Source: Catajapyx aquilonaris (Eukaryota). Taken from it: a stretch of DNA of 34,326 nucleotides. Each line of letters opens with the position of its first letter. The first letter of the stretch is position 1. Positions 20,338 to 34,326 of this stretch are shown here, piece by piece. The DNA is taken from assembly GCA_000934665.2 (NCBI GenBank), contig JYFJ02006643.1, positions 1 to 34,326 on the forward strand, written 5' to 3'. Below the pieces are notes generated by a model. The model was not told the DNA's origin, did not search any database, and worked only from the letters and a program-made list of their open reading frames with translations. The position numbers and the translations under genes were made by a program.

Positions 20338-21789
20338 GTGAGAGGCCGAATGGTCAACTATGAGGGTTTTCGGGTATGTGCATGTCAGCGGGTCAACGTG
20401 GGAACTGAGCTGGTTGAAGAGACAATGTAGATGAGGGTGAAGGATGTTTGTGGTGAAGAATTGAAGAGTTGGGGATGGACATGATAGTCGTTTGTTTGTT
20501 TTGAGGGTGGTGTGAGTTGCCTTTCAATTTAAGTGGAATTGTTGGGCATGTAAAGCTGGTCATATGGTTAGTCCGGTGCCTGTCATATCATAGACAAATT
20601 CTGTGAGGAAGCAGATGTGTGATGTTAGAATATGATTATATCTGGCTGTTTTGTTGCATGTGGCATACATTACAGAAGTTTCAGCATGAATCTTTTTAAA
20701 ACCTGATATAAATTTATGTAAATAAGAGCAGTGATTTTATATGGTAAAGCCGTGCCCGCAACTTACGAAACGATGTGAATAAATTTTATCAGTGGAATTG
20801 TGCTTACAGATGTAGATGATTCAAGTCCTTTGTAAAATTGGAATATGTGACAAGTTTTACATGCTCAAGAATGATCCAGTTTGCTAGTATAAAGACGTAT
20901 CGAAGTCCAGTTACCTGAGGAAGCGAAGGTGTGGCATTGCAATAGTTGTACGTCTTGGTAATTTACAGCAATAAATTTTGCTGCTTCATCAAAGCTGTTT
21001 GTATTGAATAGTTGATGGTACACTCATGTAATGACAATGGAGTTAATTTTTAAGCATCTTAAAGCATTCATAGATTGTTGCCATACGTAAAGTTCCTGAC
21101 GTCCTGTGTATAGCTATTGTGAACAGTAGAGTGTACCTGTCGTTTCCCCATAAACTAATATTACTCAGACAGTGTTTTTTTGTGTGCGTGTGAGAGAGAA
21201 AAATCCCTGGCCTGAAAAAAAACAAAAACAAAAACAAAAAACTTTGTACCCTGTCTAGTCATTGATGGGATTCATGTCCTTCGATGGCAATGTTTTATGA
21301 AGCAACAGTTTTACAGTTTGATGTTATTACCCTTTTGGAACCTTGGTGCTTACTTGTCACATGATACCCCAGAAACTTACACAGATAAATATGATCTATG
21401 ATGTTAAAAATTAAAATATATTCATTCTGCTATGAAATTTTTTCAATGCAAATCATTAGTAATGTAATAGGCCTAAGTGAAACCAGGTTGGAATGAATCC
21501 TGGATTCAGCAGAAATTTGTTCATTGCGCAATTTTAGTTTTGACCAGCAGAGGATTTCTAATGTTGTTGTTTCAGTCAGCAATGTTTTCCCCCCCAAGCG
21601 GCTTCTGTTGCGCAATTACTTTATAACAGTTACTCCTAGTAGTTGGCAAAAGAAATATTAGGATGAATTGAATCATTAATTATAATTATTAATCAACTGG
21701 TTACCTTGTTGGTCTGTGGCCTCAGGAGTTCTGCTTTTAGATTCCCATTTTAAATCAATTCCTGCAATGCCAATGGATTTTGATTATGG

Positions 21790-21942
21790 GAGGAAATGGA
21801 AGAACCTTGACAAAACCCATGTGGCCACTAAGAGAACTAGTTTCAACTCTTTCCATGAGAGAAATTCCTCTGTCTGACTCAGAGATTGAACTCAGGACCT
21901 TAGAGGTGGAAGGCTGCAACGCAAACAACTATACCACTGCGC
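21790..21942 (-). mobile_element. Decayed tRNA-derived SINE head
   Basis: Minus strand reads GCGCAGTGGTATAGTTG (A-box-like) .. GGTCCTGAGTTCAATCTC (B-box-like); 3' boundary uncertain. Confidence 0.55.
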
Positions 21943-22058
21943 TATTGGCTGAATTGCAATGAATTTCTGATTAGGAATGTCCCATTGGAACTATTGGAAT
22001 CAATGATGTAACCCATTTTTTTGCTAGCCCCCCCTGCGGGAGTCTATGAAACCTAATA

Positions 22059-22141
22059 CAGGTAGGCCCTATGTTATGACAGGGTTAGGTTCCAGCAAAA
22101 CAGGGTCATAAAATAAACAGTCGTAAAACGAGGTTTACCAG
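22059..22141. mobile_element. Miniature Tigger/pogo-like MITE
   Basis: TA|CAGGTAGGCCCTATGTTATGAC..GTCGTAAAACGAGGTTTACCAG|TA; imperfect TIRs with TA on both sides. Confidence 0.55.
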
Positions 22142-23753
22142 TATATGCTTATATCTATAGATCCTGCCATAGTGCGCCACGAAAAGCAAAAACTGTGCCT
22201 GTAGCGTGTTTGGACTCAGAGGTGTTGCAGCTAAGTGTTAATGTTTCAATTTTTGTGTTATTTTTAGATGTTTTATTTTCTTACGATAATTTTGAAAAGG
22301 CCATTAATGTGAAACGTCATAAAATGCCGCCTACCGGTATTACTCCAAAAAATGCTGCATCTGCACATTGTGATAAGGTCGTGTTTTGCCTCAAGATGCC
22401 TAGCCCAAGCATCCTTATTGCAACATGTAGATGCAACTTTTTTTTCAGAAGGAGAGCAGATTGGCAGCTAATATTTTGATAATCTGTCAAATTAACTGTT
22501 CTAAAATAACTGCTTAAAAACAAGGTGCTTAGGACAAAGAAATCACTAACCAAACTGGACACCACAGTTGCAGTACACTGTATATGGGAATCCTTATGCT
22601 GCAAGGAAATTTTTTCCCAAATGACGTGATTCTGGTACACACAGATTTTATTGTAATTGTGCATTAAATAATGCTTTTCTAAATGGGCATATATAAACCT
22701 TGACTCAATGGTAAGAACATACACATGTTAGGAGAAAAGTAAAGTAAAAAATGAGAAATATTCTTAACAACAGTTGACGTGAAAAAAATAGAAGCAGCCA
22801 GAATGAGAAGCAAGAAAGCCATTGTAGAGATTGGGATCGAAGTTATGTTGGGATTTTAAAAATGTCGTAATCCCAAATGACATTATCACCTCTCCAATAT
22901 TCATACGTATCCGAAAGTGAGTGTATATAGCTGTGGAAAAGAGTGTTATCATAGCTTTATATAAAAATTGGGGCAGTTTAAAAAAAAGTTTCCCCCACCA
23001 CATCATTCCTACGTATGCTTCTGTAAAATACTTCACGTGACAATGAGTGACATCACTTGTATCTTGAGGAAATCACTGTAGAGCTTGAATATTGAACATG
23101 CATGAACTTTCACAGTGTCCACAATTTACATTCCATATTCAGATTGTCATAAACCAGATATTTTTTATTATATTTTATGTGCATCAGGCAAAGCTATCAG
23201 GCCAGTTAACATGTGAAAAGTTTGATCTTGATGCACATGACATTATAAACTGTAGGCAATTCTTGTCACACTAGGCAAGTGCTTGAGGCCATGCATAGCA
23301 ATGAGATTACAAACTAGGAAAAAGGGGCTTTCAAGTGCGCTTTGTACATTCACAATACATATGTTAGCTGAGGAAAGAATGACAAAGGAATGTTTATTGC
23401 GCTTAACATTACATAAAGCTTGGAGGTGATGGGTCTTGCTTAACAAGTCATCTAGGAAGTGTGTTCAAGTGACTTGTGTCTGAAATGTACTTGTACCAAA
23501 TAAGACCAATTTTATCTTGCTCACCTACTATGAATTTCTGACAAAATTGATTACATGGTTACTTTCTATAATAATATTGATCCCCTATTGTGGAGCAAAA
23601 TTTTGGTCCTGCTTGGTGGCCTATAGCGGGTTAATAAAATTGCGGGGATTGATGCTACTGCAGTAAGGGCCTTTTACCTAAAGTGCAGATGAATTTTGAA
23701 TGTATGGCTTAACAAAGTATAAATATAATAAGAGTGTCGATATAGTAAGCAAT

Positions 23754-23788
23754 AAGTGTAGTTGAGGAAAAGTGTAGTTGAGGAAAAG
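23754..23788. repeat. 16-bp tandem duplication
   Basis: AAGTGTAGTTGAGGAA x2. Confidence 0.9.
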
Positions 23789-24437
23789 CTGGGGGTTGTG
23801 GCATTTTACTGCAATTAATTACATATATAAAAATTTAGCTGAATCCTCTATCAGTGCAATTTCTTAGTGTTTTTTTGGGATGATATTGGGTTGAATTGAC
23901 TAATGAATTAGTATGTTGGAAAGATGGCCTAATTGTGTGCATTAGTGATGGGGAAATTCCTATAATGCTGTCATGGCTACCAATTAGCAGCCAATGCTAA
24001 TTTCAGCATTGGCTCCTATTTTTTTATTTTTTCTGGTAATATCAGCTACTGCAGCAACCTAGTCATTGTGACGAGTTGTTGAATAAATAACATGCAAATT
24101 ATGTTAATGGCAAATTATGGGTTTTGTATTAGTCGTAAGTCAGTACATTCTGTCCAGAAGTTGTGGAAGTAATTATTGTAAAACCTGGAAACGAACTTAG
24201 CATGCATGAAGATGCCAGATTAATTTGTGATGAAAACCAAACCCAATGTAATGGCACTGATTAACTCAGGATTTTTAAAAATGTGTCCACTATGAATAAT
24301 AATTTTCTTATGTGATTGAAGGGGAAAGTTAGAATAAATTATAAAGCATTCCATTATAAGTGCATAATAGCTAGGTGGCGAAAAATATGTCACATAGGGC
24401 ACTGGCCTTATTTGGTACAGGTACTGTACCGTAGTTG

Positions 24438-24439
<2 letters not shown>

Positions 24440-24471
<32 letters not shown>
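24440..24471. repeat. (GT)16 microsatellite
   Basis: Direct reading. Confidence 0.97.
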
Positions 24472-24474
<3 letters not shown>

Positions 24475-27400
24475 TTGTCAGGAAGGGAGTGCTTTACAAG
24501 AAATACGCATGACAGGCCATTTAAACGATTTTTTACGGACTTTTAGTTAATTTTCAGAACTTGTCACTTGGACTGCATAACATGCCCATGTTTTTAACGC
24601 CAAAGTGACAAAAATAGCATTCTCTCAACTAGCAAACTTCTGGCACATGGTGTAGGAAGACTCCTCCATGGCTGCATTGTGTACTTTTATTTTTGATTTG
24701 CATGGGTCAAAGCTTCATTGTGGGAAGCCCGAGGGAACTCATTCTTGCAATTGGTTGACGGTGAAGTGATGCAGATGAGGGGTAATTTTGACTTATGGCG
24801 TGCCCAATGCAACATGCATCACAGACCATGGCCCGAAATCATATAGGGAGCACAACACTCGGCATCACATATGGAATGCCATGTGATGTAGACTGTGAAC
24901 AGCCTGAAGAAGAAGAAAAAAAAAATGCCCTCGCCAATGTGCCGGCACGCATGCGTCTGGCAGCGTGTCCCGCGGCGGCCACACATTTATACACAGGCCA
25001 ATATTTGCACGACAGGAAATCGGCCAGATTGGACAACCAGTTAACGCCAGGTTTGGCCTGGTCGCGATTCCATTTTCGCACCGTCCAACAATGACCTGTT
25101 TGGCAAGCCTCACTTGGCCAGCACATGCGACACTACAGTCTGGGTGCAACAGGCTCTGAAGGAGGAAAAGACCTCTCAGGGCAAAAGTGGGGGAGCCATT
25201 GCCAAGGGGGGAATCCCTAGAGGTGGAGACACTCCAGTTCATCCGGTTGGCAGGCCTACCCCGGCAAGGGCCGAGTGGGCTGAGCATCTTGTTGCCAGTG
25301 CCGGTCTGTACAGTGCCCAACACGGGTGCAAGTGCGAGTCACACATGGGAGGAGGATGATGGTGCCAACATGAGTGTCTGTAGTCTTCATTTGCTGGTGG
25401 TGAGCATGCAAATAAGGGGTGGAAGTGTTGACTGTGCAAATAAGCGGAATGTCAGAGTTGAGCTGGGAGGGTAATTATTGGGCGACCTTGGGACGTGGGA
25501 AATGAGTCAGTGGGCTAATAATTGCGGGTGATAAGTGATTAATTCGCGGAAGCTGGCGCGGCGGCACTTGAAAGGAAAGTGAGGGAGTCACTCGGTGGGG
25601 GTATGGCTTAATTCGGGTGTAGGCATTTTGTTTGAATTGCGTGTGATGTGCGGTGCGATTGATTGCGTATGGCATGTGTAGCCGATTGTGTGGACACTAG
25701 AGGTTGGTGGACCAGGTAATACATCGTGCGGCTGAACACCCACACCGTTTCATGTGGCTGTAAACTGCTGTAATAGATACATGGAGCGCTCACTGCCGGA
25801 AGTAGGTATATCCTTTCAGTTTGTGTTTATGGGCCAGGTGCGTTTAGTTTACAAGTGCATCTGACCATAAACCTGGTTCAAGTATACTTGTCGAGATACT
25901 AGTCCAGGTACATAGTCGCGGTTTTAAATATTTAACGGCGCTGGTAAAGAAAATAAGTGACAAATTTTAACCTGGCTGTGAAGCAGGTGAAATTAGGGTA
26001 ACCTTGGTCCAGCAGGAACCCTAGGTGGCTGTTGCTGGATATGTAACTCGAGCTGCCCGTTACAAGGTACGATGGTTACAGTGCCTCGTGCCCTGAATGT
26101 GTAAAGATGGAACTTCTTTGAGAAGGATATATATCTCAACCAGGGAAGGAATTGGGCAGGGGAGGTGGGAGGGACGTTCCCTCGCCCTTTTATCTATGAA
26201 TAGGATTTTTTTCCTGAGGGGGGGNGGGGGGGGGGGGGGAGGCTGTAAATTTTCCTGAGCTAACACGTGGGGTGGTTCCTTTTAGGCTCGAATTTTCTGT
26301 TGCAGGGTCTTGGCATTGCCAGCTTGGAAGGACTTCAACCAATGTGTTAACTGTAAAGTGTCGTTTAAGCCCAGTGTGAGAAGTAGTGACACATTTATCT
26401 GTGCCTGCTGTATACTTTGTCAGTGATTTAAATGCATTGTTGATAGCAGATGTGTGACGAATATAGAGTATTTTTTTAAACAATGACGAAGCATCAAGTT
26501 TGGCAGGGGAATCACTTAAGTAAATTAAGGAATTTTGGTGTAAATTGGCTATGTAGTGCTCTATTTACGATATGCAGAACTAAAAGTGAACAAAAAGGGG
26601 TAACCAGTAACTGTTTCTGACTCGGGATTTACAAAGATGGAATTACTTGCATACAACTAGAGCATGAGGCAAGTTAATCCCCTAGATCAGCATTACCATA
26701 TGTGAAGATCAGGGTCACCCATACCCCCACCCCCTTCCCCCACTTTGTACGCTCATACTCCCACCACCATTTGTCTTCACACAAAAATCCGTCTGCGCTC
26801 GTTTAACCCTCGATGCGTTACATATGTTTATCTCACTTCATGAGCACGTCGTGCAGAATGGCTTTTCGGTCTTAGCCTAGTTATTTGAACCAACCCCCCT
26901 CCCCCGACCCAGGACTTTGATTAGCTAAGTGTAACTTCCTTATTGTGGTGGCATAATGGGCTGTGTAGCTCGTATCACCTCTGAGGTGCCAAGTTAGCGC
27001 GACTTTTGTGTTGCCTGAGGGTCACCTAGGTGATTGGGGGGTGAGGGTGAATGGGGCTATAATGAACATTTTTTGTTGACTCGAATCCTGCTAATTGGGA
27101 AGCTGCAGGATCCTTTAGCTTGGCGTAGGAGGTTGGTTAAGGTTAATGGTCCAGAAATATCGTAGGTCCTTAAATGAAAATGGAAGGTACTACTAAGAAT
27201 CACGTATGGTTAAATATTATGGTTTACTGGCAGATTTATGTAAGTCGTGATGTCGGGTCCGGCTGTGGCGTTGAAATCGTGTCAATTTTATTTGGAATGG
27301 GCCACAACCCACACAGCTGCATTGGGGATTGGTTCATGTGCGTTTTTGGACGATTTTTTTCCAGTTCGTTTTTACCAACGGGAAAGCAATAATTGCAGGT

Positions 27401-28112
27401 TGAAGTACTGTAATTCAGCTTAGCGAGTGGAAATATTAGCCTACTACATCATTTGCATTTTATTTTATTTTTGGTTGGTGCATTGTTCTTGACCGACATA
27501 TGCAGTTATTTCCACGTTTCGTTGGGATAATGTTAGGTAGTTTAGCATGACCATAAGGTATTTGCAAACGATGTACTGAGGTAGTTAGGAGGTATATACT
27601 TCTGGCGTAAACTTGATTATCAAGAAGGCATAACCGGGGCATGTTACTATGCAGCCTGTCAAACAAAATTATGGGAATTTAATCTCGAGGCGCAAACGCG
27701 ACAGAAGACGGATGACTGTTGACAAGGCGAGTTAGTATTGAAACTTGATATTTTGTGAGATTACAATCAAAGACATCCTGCATGACATGCCCACGACAGC
27801 ATGCTGCATCATGGGATCCTTTAAAACGTACGGAGCAGTAATTAAATTAAGATTAGAACCTTGTATTTTTTTGGGAGCCATTATGAATGTTTTGTTTTCG
27901 TGTGAAACGTGTCAGTCTTCGGCAGTGGGCGTTCATACCATCCGATTTTTAATTGCTGACATTTTTACGGCCACGTTTTAATTACTGAAATAGGCGCCAT
28001 GAACGTGTATTTTTGCACCATTAGAAACTGGCACGTGCAGCACGCACTATGAAAATTACCGCTGCATACTACAATGCATGCAATACTACAAGGCGCTAGT
28101 CCAAGATTTTGA

Positions 28113-28113
<1 letters not shown>

Positions 28114-28188
<75 letters not shown>
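28114..28188. repeat. (TTA)25 microsatellite
   Basis: Direct reading. Confidence 0.97.
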
Positions 28189-28189
<1 letters not shown>

Positions 28190-29793
28190 GATGGCGACAA
28201 TCGGTTACTTAACCATATTTTATCATTGGGATGACTTGGTTAGATTTCTTTAGTTGTTACCTGCGAATTGCGGTCTGGAGCAGGAGAGAGACGTGAAGAG
28301 TAATCGCATCATCACTGTAACACAATAGAAGCCTTTACATCATCTAGTGTTATTTTTATTCTGGCCACATGTTGGGGTTATCATCTCTGCCTCCTCCTCC
28401 CGAGTTCGGAAGCGGAGCATTATGGTCAGCATCAGGATGCAGCACATTTGAGTTAATTACCATTTGCATAAAGTGTGGCCCAACGCATATTCATGCAGAT
28501 TAAAATTGGGACCGTGCCAATCAGAGGGTGCATAAAAAGCGTTTGTGTATGTAATGACGCTCCCCACAGCAAGTGCAAAGTTGTCGAATAACAGTGGGCC
28601 AGTGAACCTAAACAGAACGGCTTTATTACACGGGGAGATGTAGCAACGTGGACTGTGATGGCGACTCGAGTGCGGGGTGCCAGTGGGAATCGGTGGTGAC
28701 AGGTGGCTACAATGCGTGGAAGCAGGTGGTTTCTAGAGGGTTATAAAACGGATTGGGTATAGCAACAAATGAAGGAGGACTGATTTGTAATATTAATCTG
28801 GTTGTATATAGAGGAAGTTGTGTCTCCTCCGAAAAATAGTGGGTATGGGCTGTGGGAAGATCAGGGAAACCAATGAAAAGGTGTGATTATCATCAGCGGA
28901 AGGCGAAGGAATCAGTGAAGTGATTCCAGGCCAACTCAGTCATGGTGGTTGCTCGACCACCTTGGTTTTCGTGCAAAAAGATTCATGGTTCTGCACTTAA
29001 TGAAATTATGTCCTGTAGCTTTTTCAGCCATTACTGAGAAGAGATTGGGATGGGTGAATTTTACGGATGAAATGAGCTTTAAAAAATAACCGCAATTGAA
29101 TTCCTTTTACTTCCGTTAGAGCTCTGTTACTGTGTTACATAAAGGCCGCTCTGGAATACGCCGCAGTTGCTTTTATAGGTGATGCAGGCGTGCTAGTAAT
29201 TTATGCAACTTAGTGATGATTAGCACATTTTCTGCTTTTGAAAAATGAAGGGGTCTTATATTCAATGTGACCACATAGTTGATCAGTGGAGGGATCTCGG
29301 AACACTATTGGTACGTTACCAAGAATTTGTCCATTTTGTGCCCATTCGGACACGGCCGGGAGCGAGGTTTTTGCCATAAGTGCTCATAACTCAAACATAT
29401 TCAGTTAATTAAAAACATGTCCCGAGGTGTATATCAGAGGTATAGTTTACAAAAATAAAAGCAGAAAAATATGTAATAATTGAGGAGATATTTTATTCGA
29501 TCCGGCCGCGCTCCACCGGACAAATTCCTGGTAACGAGGTTTCATACCATTCCCCATCGTGCTTCCAACAGAAAAAAAACAGTGTAAGTTTAATGCTGTT
29601 GGTCTCCTTATTAAAATACCCCATGGTTTGGACTATTGCAATTATAATAAGTGTCGTCATTTTCAATCTGAAGTTTGACATTCGACACGGCACTGACTGT
29701 TCTTGACCCTTTACCTTGACCTACTAGCCTCAGCTTGAGTCATCAAAAACTCTATAAAAGAGAGGCAAAGTTAATTCTATCGTCATCAGCACC

Positions 29794-31166
29794 ATGTACT
29801 GTACGTCAATATGTAGTTTCTCATACAAGGTGGTCGCATATTTACAGAAATCGTTGTACCTGCGCACATTTGCTGAAATCTTTCGTGCGGCCAAAATACA
29901 CTCTGCATCGACATCGTGTGTGGTTGAAACACGAATATTTTTGGTGAATTGTAGGGAGTACCCCTGCTTGTTAGACATCTTGGATACCACAGGTGTTGGA
30001 TAAGGTTGTCTGACTCCCAGGATATTTGTAGTCAGTCCACATGGGGCCGTCGCCAAGGCTCAATTTCCTCTCCACGCCTTAATGACGGTTCTCAGCCAAA
30101 AATGATACAGAGCATTGTGGTCCTGGGATACATAATATCTGTCTATTGTACGTGGGTTAATAACCATCCCGTCAAAGGTGTGGTATGCATTGGGATAATG
30201 CTGGAAGGTCCAAAATAACAATCTCTGAAAATGGACACACGAGATGGATAATCATATGGATGCACACATGCGTGAACTTCTTGGACATAGTCCAAAATAG
30301 GACGACCCCTTCCCCACCGAAAGGCGAAATAGTGGTTTCCTATGACTGACGTGAATATCGGCAGAAGCAAGTAAATATTAATAACCTGACAAACCAATGG
30401 CGCCCCTTCTAGATTTTGAGGAAGCCCTCTGATGTTACGGAGAGTCAGTGCATTACATCTCGTGATGACTATCAGCAATGCAACTCGAGTCTTGGGAAAG
30501 GCATCGGCTAAGGGTTTGCATTGTCCGCATCCTTTTCGAGGGCAGCCAACCCAGTAGAGGAAATTGATGACAATCATGCGGGGCATGCCAAGTGGTTTAA
30601 ACATGTGACTGAACATGCAGGTCAAGACTGGCAAACAGGGAATGCTCTCCTTCTGTCTTGTTTCTCCCAAGAAAGCAGCTCTAGTTGTGCACCAAAACAA
30701 AGTGAGTGGGTGGAGTGGGAGGCTTCTAAGGACTAATAATAGGAGAGTAATGGAAACGTCTCGGGGATGTTTTGCACGTCGAGAGGGACTGAAAGCCAAA
30801 TAAATGCTTCCTATATGTAATGTTGGTGGAAGACCTTAGACCTACACACCTATACTGTAAACAGGAAATTGGATTCGATTTGAGGAAATTGAGGAATCTA
30901 TTTGGAGGGCTAAAAAGTTGTACCTTGATGTCAGCGTGCGACACAATCTGATGACAACATCAAACAGCAGATGTGTGCCTAAGATGTTGCGTAGTGACCT
31001 GGTCAATCCTCCTTGTAGCATATTGGGTATGTATTGCGCACACATTAGGCATGTAAACAGATGTGCATGGTTACTACATATCGTAGATGCGTTTGACATG
31101 GATCAGTTGGCCTCATCAGTTAGCAATCGCGACCCAATATGGAAAATCTGTCGGTTCAACTGGTGA
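29794..31166 (+). mobile_element. Decayed non-LTR retrotransposon (RTE-like) reverse transcriptase relics
   Basis: TTGVG*GCLTPRIF (about 29986-30027) and KGIG*GFALSASF (about 30497-30535) resemble GVRQGCxLSPxLF; VLGYIIS (30120-30140) resembles YLGSIIS; ASKY**PDKPMAPLLDFEEAL (30367-30429) resembles the xxDFEKAFD motif; many stops and frameshifts. Confidence 0.6.
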
Positions 31167-31708
31167 CTATCGAGTCGGCATGGTTGACACAGGAATAAAC
31201 AATTCTAGCAATAATTGTTACTTGCAAATACGCGTTACAACCATGAACCTCAACCACTTCCATCCGTCCAATACACAAAATACGACCCGTTATAAAATTT
31301 CTGCCATATGGAGAACCGGATTACGTGTTACTGAGCATTCGCGAAGACTTGATCGCGTAACGGCATCTTTTTAGAGGCCGAGAAAGTGACACAAACCCTC
31401 TGTTTGAGGCCAAGCCGGCGTGCGGCGCTTCCAGACAACCTGAAAATGTGCATTCTGCGGTGGAATTTCGCACAACACGGCCCAATTTGGAGCAAGCCCC
31501 CCCTGAGTGATTTATTTCTAGTCGGTGGGAAGTAGAGCCCCCCAAAGCGAAAGACGCGTGTTCCGTTTTTGGCCATGGAAGTAGTGACCACACCCTGATG
31601 AATGGGGCGGGCCAGGCTTTCTCACGGGGTTGGGGGAGTACTGGAGCGCGCGCAGCAAAGCAATGGGCAGGGCCAAGGGCATAAGATGAGGACAACCGGA
31701 TTGAGGAA

Positions 31709-31710
<2 letters not shown>

Positions 31711-31754
<44 letters not shown>

Positions 31755-31780
31755 NNNNNNNNNAAAAAAAAAAAAAAAAA
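31711..31780. repeat. (TC)22 microsatellite, 9 N and poly-A run
   Basis: (TC)n 31711-31754, N 31755-31763, then an A tract. Confidence 0.95.
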
Positions 31781-34168
31781 CAAAACAAAAAAACAAAAAC
31801 GCTTCCTACACTTTTACTTGCGGTCAGATCGTGTCCGAATGCCTGGCCGGACTTGTATTTTCGGTGGGGTCGTGCACCACAAGTTGCATGTGCAGTGGTA
31901 ACTTGTGGGTCGTGTTCGGTTTTATTTGCGGTGTTGGGGTCGGCTGCAGGTAGAACAGCTTCTAACGGAGCCAGAAGCTAACCTGCTGCATATTAATGCG
32001 TGGCACTCAATTGTAGGGTCATTCGGGAAATCGTTATTGGAATGGAGCGGATACAAAAGGTAGTAGCACACAAATAGGCAATTTGAGGATAATTGGATGC
32101 GAGTTTCAGAATCCGTGGTCAAGTATAGAGCAGTTTCGTCACGTTTTTCTCGTGGCTTCTCGGATTTGAGTTCTTTTCCCGTCCTCTCCCAAGATAAAGG
32201 GATTTGTGTCCTTCCAGTAAGCAGTTTCTCATTTTGGAATGATCCTTGTAATCCTGAACCATTTATATCTAAAGCGTATACTGCATAATTTTTGAACAAG
32301 TCAAGAGTTATAGGATCAAGTGAGCAGTGACATCCGAAAGTAGCGAGTTTTTGCATTCATTTTTTAGCGCAGTTAGTTGATTCATTGTGGACGTTTCTCG
32401 GTAGATGCCATCACTTCCACCCTAAATCCGACGAGACGTTGATAAAATAGCGCCGAACATGTGCCAAGAACACGTCGTCAACATTCTTCCTGCACCTGCT
32501 TTTACCTTTGCATGTTACTGCCCATTACTAGTGTATGAATTAAGCAATAGCTGTTTTTATTATGGGCTACATGCGTGCTTTGGACGAAAAGCCGAATACT
32601 ATACAGGGGTTTGGGAAGTTCGTGTCTAGCCGGAAGGTCAGGGTGCACATACTGCAGCATGAGCCCCACTGTTACTGAGCATATGATTATGTGCTTGCTG
32701 GTAGGTCGTAATCTCGTTGAAGAGAGGTACTTCAATGCAGCCATAATTATATTACATAACAGTTTCTGGGTACCGGTGTACATGTGAAGAAAGAATCCTA
32801 AACGGACTTGGTGGACATTTCCCCCTCATATTGTAGTCCGGTATTTGAAAACGAGAAATCTTCATGGCTGAGGAAAACTGGGGAGTTTTGCGCTACGTAG
32901 GCGTATCATGCGCTAAGTTTCTGGGTAATTACATGAATGGAGTGCCAGGTGGATGAATAATATGTTGAGATTTAATGCATAACAACAATTACTGTTCAGT
33001 GCGTGGGATACAGATGCCACCCGAGGGCCTCGGACGAAAATAAATGAAGCGCTAAATTTGAGCTTGCCGCATGCACGCTTTTTGATCATTGGGAGATGTT
33101 GGTGCAGATACACACGCAGGGTTAATATGAGGTTCTACCTGGACCATAGGGTATTTTACGAAGATCTGGGACCTGGCTCTATGTCCAGATTTGCCTCTAT
33201 AATATATACGATTTGGATGTTGAATGTAATAAACTCGACCCTTGCGGCTTTGATCAAACGCAAGAGCAAATGTGTGGATAGATTTTATCTGCGGAACAGG
33301 GTGTCATTGATTAATGAAGCTACTGTAAACTTGACGGCGCTAAGGGCATGATTAGTGACACCTGTGTAGGATTTAGTCCCTCATTGAAAGTATTGCGAGG
33401 GAGGGCTATTATATCCTGTGTTCGGCCAGTTACGACATAGAACTATTGTATATGTCATATGACACGAACGTGTCCGGCAGTCTCGCCGACACGTTTTGTG
33501 TAAAATGACACAGAACTGTGACATGTGATATGACACTGTATATCCGCCAAAACGTGTCAGGTGACGCGTGTGGAAGGATGACACATACGTAAGGGTCAAT
33601 ATTCGGTAAAGGTATAGGCCTACAGTATTATGCTGTTCCACTGCAGTAAATGGTAAAATACTTATACAGTACCGATGTTTCAAGTATACAGTAGAAAAAG
33701 TTATCATCATGCAAAGTTTATGATGAAGTGTGGCGACATTGCAGAGTATTAATACGCATAGTAAGATAATGCAAGAAATAAATTATGGTTGAAAAATAAC
33801 AACCTATGTTTCCGTACTAAATTTTACGGTAGCATGTGTCTCTTTCAACTCGTGTCGTACTTGACACGTTTTACTGCAGTCAATTTCGGCAAAAAAGTAC
33901 ACATTTTGTTGTGTCAAAACCACGGTCAAAACGTTTTCTGAGTAAATATTTCAGATGCCGTATTTCACCTTTAAGTAGTTTGATTTGTTCTGTAATGTGG
34001 CGCCATTGAAACAATTTAGACCAAAGATATCTGGTATACAGGGTGTATCAGAGTCACGGGTCAAGCGAGTGCGAGGGGGTGGGGAAAAATCGGAGGTGGC
34101 GACAACCCCGGTCGGTTTTATAAAACAATTAGAAATACGGCAGTAATCAATTTATTTATTACGTCTAC

Positions 34169-34188
34169 GACGTGACGTCACGTCCAAT
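34169..34188. promoter_or_regulatory. CRE-containing 16-bp palindrome abutting a CCAAT box
   Basis: GACGTGACGTCACGTC (34169-34184) with TGACGTCA core, CCAAT at 34184-34188; lies 130 bp inside a TACAGGGTG transposon-like tip (34037-34045). Confidence 0.3.
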
Positions 34189-34326
34189 CAGTTTGAATCG
34201 AGTCGGGCTGGCTGGCAAGAGTCAAGGGAAGAGGGCAGTGGTTTTAATATTTTTTAGCCTTGCGGGTTGCACTGAAAAAGGCTACACCGGCAGGGTACTG
34301 AACACACTACTCTAACTTAGTGTGTT

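Noticed and set aside
24795..25474. Cluster of overlapping ORFs in GC-rich sequence
   Set aside because: Open on both strands because of composition; no recognisable protein or convincing splice-site pair
30143..30799. 218-aa minus-strand ORF, the longest in the window
   Set aside because: Antisense to the RT relic and has no recognisable domain
31535..31610. GAAA..CTGATGA arrangement resembling a type II hammerhead
   Set aside because: Stems I-III cannot be formed canonically
31321..31901. ORFs with ERERER/SLSLSL runs
   Set aside because: Translations of the (TC)n microsatellite and N gap
33430..33940. Recurrent GACACG/CGTGTC motifs
   Set aside because: Probably subterminal repeats of an old transposon; no termini found and no regular repeat-spacer period, so not CRISPR-like

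Overview
Animal (probably arthropod) genomic DNA with short GT-AG introns and many repeats; no prokaryotic features. The main gene is a CEP104 homologue on the + strand. Thirteen coding exons (10277-15762) splice in consistent phase into about 785 aa: jelly-roll C-terminal part, coiled coil, TOG/HEAT domain, Ser-rich linker and four C2HC zinc fingers. Its N-terminal exons were not found in the window. The 10 kb upstream is a nest of non-autonomous DNA transposons (Tc1/mariner-, piggyBac-, Sola2-, Kolobok- and HINE-like), a full-length tRNA-derived SINE with a 15-bp TSD, and a possible decayed minus-strand gene. Downstream are a well-formed tRNA-like gene with an amber (CTA) anticodon inside an apparent small insertion, a hAT MITE, the probable promoter and 12-codon first exon of a second unidentified + strand gene with a long intron, two decayed non-LTR reverse-transcriptase relics, and microsatellites. 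Family assignments rest on recalled motifs, not database searches.
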